In this document: in pieces, positions 55,001 through 64,000 of the stretch
How positions within the stretch are numbered: the first letter of the stretch is position 1
How the letters are laid out: each line of letters starts with the position of its first letter
DNA from: Octopus sinensis
Lineage: Eukaryota
Length of the DNA: 64,000 nucleotides
Direction of reading: 5' to 3'
Assembly: GCF_006345805.1 (NCBI RefSeq)
Contig: NC_043012.1
Span: forward strand, 45,322,001 to 45,386,000
Position numbers and translations under genes: made by a program
Notes under the pieces: generated by a model
What the model saw: only the letters and a program-made list of their open reading frames with translations
Databases searched by the model: none
Told to the model about the DNA's origin: nothing

Positions 55001-55928
55001 ACATATATACATATATGTATATGTATAAATGTATATGTATATATACATACATATGTACACATTTATAGATATATGTTTATACATATATGAATAGCATATG
55101 ATGAAAGAGTCCAACGATCCAAGGAAAAATTTAGCAGTTAAATGAAATGAGGAAACCGTAGCCATTTTGTCGATTAAATTTGCTTTAGGTCGATGTAACC
55201 TTGAAATTTATTGTTTCTTGTTTTTTGTTTTTCTTTATAGTTTAACAAGCCTATTTCATTAATGTTCTAACCAAGTGGATGGTTTTGTAGTTGCTGCTAT
55301 CAAGAGATTCTAATTTTCACGCTGATGGAATCAAACGCTATATCAGAAAAATGACATCAAACGCCTCAAACATGTATTTGAACTGGCATATATTTAGGAA
55401 ACACACACTTTTTAAATCCCTATATATATATATATATATACATATATATATACATATATATATGTGTGTGTGTGTGCGAGCGTATGAATGTGTATATCTG
55501 TCTGCATCTGTGTGCGTTTTAATGTATACATATATATTTGCATACATCCATTTTGTGCTAACACCATTCTTTATTAGCATACATATGCTAAACACTTCCG
55601 ATTATATACAAACACTCAAACGCGCTTTGGTTTGTACATAAATACGCTAATGTATGCATAAAGATTCTAATAGAACTCGCTATCTTGATGCCTGTATATA
55701 TATGTATCCGTTTATGAACATTGTTGTATATCTGTTGATGGTTGCAATCATAATATGGCTTGATTTATTTAAAATATTATTATGCAGTCTAAGGGCTTAC
55801 ATTTATTGGCCCTTTAATAAAATATCAACTCTGGTATTAAATTAGAAACGAAGATAAAAAGAAAGGCATAAACAACAAGCAATGGGTGCATATTCGATCA
55901 GTCACTACAACCTATCAATAATCCTTAC

Positions 55929-56014
55929 CTCCATATGCTGCTAGACAGAAGGCTTCGCCTCCTGCAAAGCATTTTTCAACATATTCTAACATATAGAAAC
56001 GTTGAAGACATGTG
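55929..56014 (-). CDS. Possible isolated 86-nt coding exon of an unknown host gene
   Basis: CACAG|...|GTAAGG splice signals with open frame TCLQRFYMLEYVEKCFAGGEAFCLAAYG. No partner exons identified. Confidence 0.2.
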
Positions 56015-56610
56015 CTGTGCATATAAGATATTGAAGAATAATGTTCATTCGCGAAGAATAAATATATTTGAATCACATCATAATCAAATACTATTCAATA
56101 TATTGTGAATATTACTATTAATTAAAGCAAATTGAATCTCTCTCCCTGATGACGTTCTCTGTATTCCTTAAAATTATTCTGAAACCAGAAAAATATTGTC
56201 CTTGTATACTTTCTGAGAAAGAAATATTCCACATTGCATTATAATATTTACCATACTTAGTTTGTAACTATTCGTTCGTACGCAGTCAAAATATAACCGT
56301 ATCAGTTTATGCCGGTTCCTTTTTCTACAAAATAATGCGCCGAAACTTCTCTGTATGAGATCTCAAATAATATTGTCTATGCAAAACACATTCTCTGTGC
56401 ATCTCTCACATGCACATAAATATTACTATTCAGAGACATATCGAAATATTATAATACAGCTCACACAACACACGTTCTACACAATCATCGTCCAATGAAA
56501 TGAAACAACACATCCTCTAATATCATCTACAACGATACTAGAGCGTCAACATTGATTGAACAAAGAATTCGTGCAGATCAGTTTTGCTGCTCTCTCCGCA
56601 TTTCAAAATA

Positions 56611-56992
56611 TTGGGTTGTTCGGAAAGTTCGTGCCGATTTTTAAAGGAAAGAAAATGGCTAAAAAATACTTGCCATTACATTTTTAATCAACCAAATATG
56701 AACCATTTTGTTGCACAATGCGTCTCCATCTTTCCTTTAACTTGAAAATACCCTCTTCCCAGAATTGAGGTGGTTTCATGGCAAGCAATTCATCAAGGTA
56801 TCTTTTTACGTCATCCAAAGAACTGAAATTTTTACCACTAAGACTATTCTGATGATACCTGAATAAGTGGAAATCCGAAGGAGCAATATCTGGTGAATAT
56901 GGAATGTGAACTGCAGCAATTTTTGTCTGGTTCCCAAAGAAACGTGCGGTCTTGCATGAACTTATCTTGCATGAACTTTCCGGACAACCCAA
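56611..56992 (-). mobile_element. 382-bp internally deleted mariner (MITE-like) keeping the transposase C-terminus
   Basis: TIRs TTGGGTTGT(T/C)CGGAAAGTTC(G/A)TGC, TA at both ends; PYSPDIAPSDFHLFR..GIFKLKERWRRIVQQNGSYLVD*. Confidence 0.9.
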
Positions 56993-57299
56993 TATCTTAC
57001 CGAATATCGGTCAGTCAAGACCAATACTCTGTAAGTACAAAGATGAGTCAAATTCTTCATTCACGTCGGCGCCTTGAATCTCTCCGAAAAAAAACACCGC
57101 TTATCTGCTAAATGTTCTTATTGCATAACTTTAATCTACCTCCTTGTCCAACTCATAGAGAGGGATAGCGATTGACAATAGTCCAAGTACCTGACACCAA
57201 AAAAGTTTTGATATTTTTTGGCTCTCACAGCGAGGCGAGCTTCGGAAAGACATCCTTTACAAACATTGAGGACAAACTATGCGAAACGCAGGATTGATA

Positions 57300-57850
57300 A
57301 GACAACAACCAAGGGCAACACATGCAGAATGTGTAGTGAAATAGTGTAGCATATTGTTAGTGAAAGCCGAAAGTCGGCGCAACGTCAATGCAAATGGTGA
57401 CATGACAATGTGTCAAGAATAATCCATTAGGAGTTTTGTGGAAATTACGGCTTAAGTATATCAAAAACTTAGAATGATCAAATCCCAGAATTTACTGAAA
57501 ATGAGGATTGCAAAATCCTGTAGGATGCAATGGTCCAATATGATCATTAGATTAAACATAGACAGCTTGACATTGTAGCGAACAGAAAAGAGAAAGACAT
57601 GCCTAATAATTAACATACCTTGATCTGGCGACTAAGGATTGAAGAGAAAGAAGAAAAGTGAACAACTATGATGAAATGAAGTGGGAAAGACGCAGGTTAT
57701 GTGTACTGAAGAATTGGTGCACTTGGAAGTATCTGCATCCAAATAACAGCAGGACTCCAAAAGACTGGAATGAATGTAAAAGTAGAACACCAATAAAATT
57801 ATCATTGCTTGGAACTGCAAGAGTACTCTGTTGGGTTCTTGAAGCCTGAT
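57300..57850 (+). mobile_element. R4/Dong-like LINE RLE C-terminal relic
   Basis: Decayed PDIV..KEKTCLII..IEEKEEK..YDEMKWE.. and SLLGTARVLCWVLEA* terminus. Confidence 0.7.
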
Positions 57851-58206
57851 CAGTAAACAAGTGTCACTTTAGTCTACTGGCTGTCGACAGTTGATAAATT
57901 CCAATCACATCCAGGAAAATAAAGTTGAAACTTTTTACATAACAACAACGACGATGACGACGACTACGATGTTGATGATGATGATGAATATGATAATGAT
58001 ATTTTTTTTATTTGCCACAAGAACGTAGATGAAGGTGATAACTCAAGGATAATCTACAAGTGTGTGGTTGTTTAAATTAAAGATGAGGAGAAATAAAGGT
58101 TAAAGTTGACAATAAGTGCATATTGCCAAAGAGTGTCAACTTTATTTGCTTTACCGAAAATATTTAGTAATGTGTCAGTCCTTCCGACTGCGTATGTACG
58201 TGTATA

Positions 58207-58266
<60 letters not shown>

Positions 58267-58562
58267 TGTGTGCGTGTGTTTATGTATGCATGTATGTAGA
58301 TGTTCGGATGTTGAGCTTCGCGCAAAACATAGACGAGTGCTATTCAATACAAACGAAATACCTTCTTCGCGTCTCCAGTATCAGGCCACTGCGATCACCT
58401 GAGGATTTGCTGGTGATCGCCTTGGAGAGAAACATGAGCCGTGAAAAAGGATTCACTGTGAAGATATCCATACATATATTTATTTCTGTGCGTGTAAGCG
58501 TCGATAAACATAGAATTATATATACACACACAGACGTGTAAATACGTATACCTATGTACACA

Positions 58563-58672
<110 letters not shown>

Positions 58673-59761
58673 ACACACATATGCATACCCACAAACACAT
58701 TAACGCATACATGTGTACACTCACACTGGCGTGTGTTTGTAACGAGAAACATCTTTGATTCGGCTTAAACTCATATATCAGTACATCAAAGATTCTCATA
58801 CTATATTTATTCAACCATTATGCTATCATAAGAAGGAGGAAGGAAAAATCAGAAGTATGTATAATACACATATATAATACTATTAGTGACTACTTCTAAT
58901 GTTCAAATATCTGTTATTAAAGCTAGAAAACTAGGTGGGCTTTCTAGCTATAAGTCTGCAACTATTTTTAAAATTCTCCTGACTTGTCTACATAAAGAGA
59001 ACATAAGTTTTAATTTCTGCCTTTCTTCCTCGGAAACCTGTGTTATATTTGGAACTTAGTTTACAAGCGATATCACTAGATTATTATGTATTTTTAATAT
59101 AAAAAATAGAAATACACGGTCGTAGAAACAGATATACTTGTATTAGACAGACATAAATTGCCTTCTGTCTGTCTAGCTATCGATTAATATATGTATCTAT
59201 CTTACTTTGAATATATACACATGCATACATAAATAGATATATATATGCATACATACATACATACACACATACATACATACATACGTACATACGTAAATAT
59301 ATACATACGTACCAAAGTACGGAATTGAAGCATAAAGAAACTAAAATTGTCATCAATGTACCATACTTGTATATACACGTTGAAAGTCAAGATTCTGCAA
59401 TGTTTGTTCGAGATCAAATCTCTTATTGATGCGTTGTGTTAACAATATAGTATCATATCGTAATACGAAATATTGTCCCGGCCAGCAAGAACGCCATATA
59501 AGTTTCGGCCTCTGCGGGTCTTCACAATAACGGTCCTTGACACACCTAGAGCTACTTCTAGCTCTACTAGCACTGAGATGGTGTATGGGAAATTGTTTGT
59601 GAATTAACAATGATAATGGTTTCATGTAGAGGGAATTTTCACAATTTTCAAGCGATCCACTTAAAAAGATGTCATATTCGATGAAAATGGTTTCAAACAA
59701 AATGGAATATATTATTCTATTTTGTGAATATGTATGTATGTATGTATGTATTCATGTATGT

Positions 59762-60285
59762 TCTCCTTGCGAGGATCCTGAGGACAGCTGATATCTTGAG
59801 TATTGATGCGATGGTTCACAAGCACCGGTTGCGTTGGACTGGACACCGTATTAGAATGAAGGATAGAAGGATTCCTAAGCAGATGCTCTATGGAGAACTC
59901 GTGAATGGAAGGAGACTCCGGCAGAAACCAAGGCTGCGATTTAAGGACTGTGTCAAGTCCTCATTAAAGGCCTGTGATATGCTGGACATTGACTGGGAGA
60001 ACAATGCCTGTCATCGCAACAGATGGAGGAAGCAGGTTAAGGAGGGGATCGACACTTTTGAGAGAGCATCTATCAAGCATGAAGAACTTAAGCGAGCTGC
60101 GCGAAAGCGCACGGCTCGTATAGTGAATGGGTCTGCAATGTTTGCAGTCGTGTATGCTTCTCAAGAGCAGGGCTCATTAGCCACCAACGGAGCCGCAAAT
60201 GCAAAATATATGTTAGTCCTAGAGCGCACAATGTTCCTGAAGGTCGGCAATGGTCTTCCTCGGTCACGAATGGACGGCCATCATG
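59762..60285 (+). mobile_element. RTE-BovB-like LINE 3' end, flanked by (TGTA)n
   Basis: HRLRWTGHRIRMKDRRIPKQMLYGEL..RQKPRLRFKDCVKSSLK..RNRWRKQV; 3' end GTCTTCCTCGGTCACGAATGGACGGCCATC. Confidence 0.9.
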
Positions 60286-62136
60286 TATGTATGTATGTAT
60301 GTATGTATGTATGTATTTACGTATCAACTGCTCTCACCCACCGTCGCAATCTGTAATCGTTTTTTTTTATTGACATTTTCAAGCTGTTAAAAAAACTGGA
60401 TGAAAGATTTTGAGGATTGTCTGTCGTATGGTTTTGGTTTCTAGAAGTGTTGTACAAATATGATTTTTAGAGGAGATACTGGAGTTCACTGGGCGGGGTA
60501 TGTGATATTGGTGGTTTGCACCACCTCATATGTCATGTGTTTTTACCAGTTTACCATTGTTGCTAACAGTTGTTCTCATAATGACGGTTGCCTTATCAAT
60601 ATGACGGTTAACATTCAAACCAGAATATCATAGAGAATAGTAAAAAGTAGCCTGCATATGTATTTTCATAATTTTATGTCATCGATAGAAGAAAAAAATG
60701 TTACGAAAGTAATTAGTGATTCGTTATTTCCAAGCAATGTTTATTGATGATGTTATATAAAAGTCACCCTTTATCAATGATGCCTGCGAGGAAGGCTTTT
60801 TTTTACATTTTACCTGACACATCGTGTAATTAGCTCTACATTAACTAAATTGTCATTCTTTTTCTTTTGTTTCAAGAACATAGTATTTGATTTATTGTAT
60901 ATTTTACATATTTTCTCGTATGTTAAGTAACTACATAGAGAGGCCTATGATGGTCCTGGACTTCCTGTTACTTTCCAAGCAGTCTGATAGTAGGTTATCT
61001 GTAAACAGTGTTGTGTAAAGAAGTATTCTTGACCAGCTGTGTTTAGTAATATGATCTCGTAGCACAGTTATGTATACTATCATGTATACATACATACTTA
61101 CATATACACATATATGTATTATATATATTTTCATACATACAAACAAACATATATATATATATATATAGATATAAATTATTTGGAAATGGATGCCTGGCGT
61201 TCGATTATATAATAATATAAATAATATATAAGTATCTGTATATATACATACGTATATGTACACACCTACATATATATGTCTATATGCATGCATATATGGG
61301 TACAGGACATAAAAAACGTGAATAAAAAGAGAAACGAAAACATAAAAAATTCATAAAAAAAAAGATTTTTTTTCGAACAACGAAAGAAACAAATAGAGAA
61401 ACGAGACAGGAAACAAACATAAAAAAACATTCCCTTCATCAGTTGTCCCCTGTTTTTTCTACTCAGGACAGTGAAAACAAAACAGTAAAAACAAACGGTG
61501 AAGGTTGTTAGGCCAAAATGATGTGAAGTGGTGAACGCTGGAAAAACGAGCTTTGAGAAGAGACAGGTAAAAGTACATTTTGTCTTAAGGAAGGAAGTGG
61601 AAGAAAGAAAGCTGGATAGCCGTTGATCACGTGTGAGCAACGAGAGAGTCAAGGAAGAGGAGTGAAAGAGAGAGGGAACGGTGAAAGAGAGAGAAGAATG
61701 GGGAAATGGTGGGAGGGAAAAACAGAAGGAAAAAGAACAAGAGAGGGAGATAGAGAGAAAAAATAGAGATAGAATAAGAATACGCCTCTATTATTTCTAT
61801 CTCCATGCCTCACTGTCCTGTTTTTGTTACCACTTTGACCCTCTGCAAAAAATCCCAAATTTTATTTAATTTGCTTTGCGGGAAGGACCCTTTTAACGAA
61901 GTCTCGTCTTGTCCTGATCTTCGAAACGCGGAGTAGATAAAACAGGGGACCACAGAAAACAATTGTTTAAAATGCCATGGCAATTTAAACATTAGAAATG
62001 TAGGTGAGAAAACAGACGGCAAGGAAGGAATTTGACATGAACATTTTAAAAATATCAAGTCAAAGTCAGAGTCGGGTTATAATGTTTCTTAGTTGCTCAG
62101 CGAGGGTTTAAAATTTCTCCGTCATTGTACGTAAAA

Positions 62137-62523
62137 ATACCCACCAGGAAAAAAAACAACAACATATATCCTGCTGCATTTAAACTAAAAGTTATTGAAG
62201 TTGCTGAGAAGACAAATAACTGTGTAGCAGCAAGAGAATTTTGAATTTGTGAATCGATCGTTGATTCATGGAAGAGAATATCAGTTGAAACTATTGTCAG
62301 ATCATGCAAAAAATGTGGAATTTCGAATGCATTGGATGGTACAGAAGACAATTGTCTATGGGATGACATGGATTGCGAAGACGTGGATGATGTGCTTCGT
62401 CTAACCATGGACAGCAAAGATGAAGATGAAGAAAATCCTTACGATGACATCCTTCATCCTGATGATTACAAAACTTTACGCAGTGCTGAAGATGATGAAC
62501 AGCGTGACGTTTTTGGATTTTAA
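62137..62523 (+). pseudogene. pogo-family (POGK-type) transposase with an internal in-frame deletion
   Basis: Brinker-like HTH YPAAFKLKVIEVAEKTNNCVAAREF*..SWKR joined directly to the C-terminal ISVETIVRSCKKCGISNALDGTEDNCLW and acidic tail. TIRs not resolved. Confidence 0.75.
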
Positions 62524-63465
62524 TGAACTTTTGTGTGTAAAATGTTTAAGATGTACCACGTGCCGTGATTGTACTTTAAAGGCTGTGTTACCGGAAATAT
62601 CTATTTCACTTTTGTTTGCATAAAGAAAAAAATGCAAATTTATTGATTCGTATTGACATTCTTTAATTATTTTGATATTTGTTTTAGCTTCACTAAATTT
62701 ATAAAAAATAAAAATGCAACACAGGAATTGTTACGGTAGTCTCAAATCCGGGCCCAGAAGAATATAACGTTTCCAGTGGAGAATGTTGGTGGTGGAAAGT
62801 GGTGTTGTGCTTCTACTTCTTTTATCAATTTTGGTATTTAAAACATTAAGTTGCATTTAATTAATTAGAAATAAAAATGCACCACTAATATACTGCGCCA
62901 TAATACACTTGTGATGAGTGTGACTTTAACCATGTATATGAAAACAGTTTAATGCTATTGAAGAGTTATTACGGTAGGTAGTGGCACGCCGTAACCTGGT
63001 GGATATGTGACCGGTGGTAATATAACAAAATTATAAGACATAAATTGATTCCACTCAGCTAGTCTGTTAAGTTTGGGGGATACAAAAAAAAAGAGTAAGG
63101 ATAAATAATTAGAAGACCTGCGCGGTCTTGTTGATGAGTTATCTTATTTACTAGGACGTGTGTTTTGATGCACAAAATTGGTAATATTACTGTAACTCAT
63201 TTTTTTTCGCATAGAGATTAATTGGGCTTCAGCTGCTGATACGGTAGTTTGGATTCTAGCTTTAATTTAAGCCCCTCGAAAGTACTATCCATGTAATAGT
63301 CGACCCCATAAATTTGGCATTCACAAATGGTCTGAAAAATAAATTCATTTTTTATGCGAGTACATACGGTATCCAAAATTCTGACTGCCCCTATTTCCTA
63401 ATATATACTATCTGTACATCACTTCAAACACGCTACTCACACGCACACAAACACATACACACACA

Positions 63466-63508
<43 letters not shown>

Positions 63509-63567
63509 CACACACACACACATACACCCGCACGCACATTCACACACGTGCGCGCAAACACACATAT

Positions 63568-63699
63568 GTACGACGGATTTCTTTCAGTTTCCGTCTACCA
63601 TTCATAAGGATTTCTTTAGGTCTAGGTTATAATGGAAGACACTGAACGAGGATGACCACGCAGTGAGACTAAATCCAAACCCATGTGGTTCTTACCACG

Positions 63700-63706
<7 letters not shown>
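63568..63706 (-). mobile_element. SINE head fragment
   Basis: TACGACGG..TTTCAGTTTCCGTCTACCA..CATGTGGTT..TACCACGCC. Confidence 0.7.
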
Positions 63707-63791
<85 letters not shown>

Positions 63792-63797
63792 ATATAT

Positions 63798-63832
<35 letters not shown>

Positions 63833-64000
63833 TGTGGGTGTGTGTGTGTGTGTGTATATATACAGAGATAGATAGATAGACAGAGAGAGAGATAGAGAGA
63901 ATCAGACACAGAAATACCGTGTGATTAATTAGTATACTCATATCTTATAATAAATCGCCAGAGGAACAAGAAACAACCTGTAGTTGTTCTTTCATTAAAC

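Noticed and set aside
59495-59530. Minus-strand GTGAAGA...CCGAAAC motif
   Set aside because: Core position 3 is mutated and no supporting stems exist.
61900-61930. TTAACGAAG...CTTCGAAACGCG motif
   Set aside because: Two core mismatches and no NUH triplet or stem I.

Overview
AT-rich, microsatellite-dense animal genomic DNA. The SINE families and repeat landscape look like an Octopus/cephalopod genome (inference from recalled repeat motifs, not a database search). No intact host gene can be supported. Nearly all ORFs in the track are microsatellite artefacts or transposon relics. Recognisable elements: a broken Penelope-like element (RT + GIY-YIG), four R4/Dong-like RLE LINE fragments, four RTE LINE fragments, a Tx1/L1-like relic, one Tc1 and two mariner elements with TIRs and TA target sites, a pogo-type deletion derivative, Helitron pieces including one complete 448-bp non-autonomous copy, and many tRNA-derived SINEs. 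The most striking signal is non-coding. At least six sequence-unrelated type I hammerhead ribozyme (HHR) families fold by eye in two hotspots (0.3-2.6 kb and 43.8-47.3 kb). Two sit in young tandem arrays (484-bp and 364-bp units) with the layout of circRNA-producing retrozymes. The 364-bp family carries a U3-A8 compensatory swap of the conserved C3-G8 core pair. All folds were derived manually and no activity has been tested.
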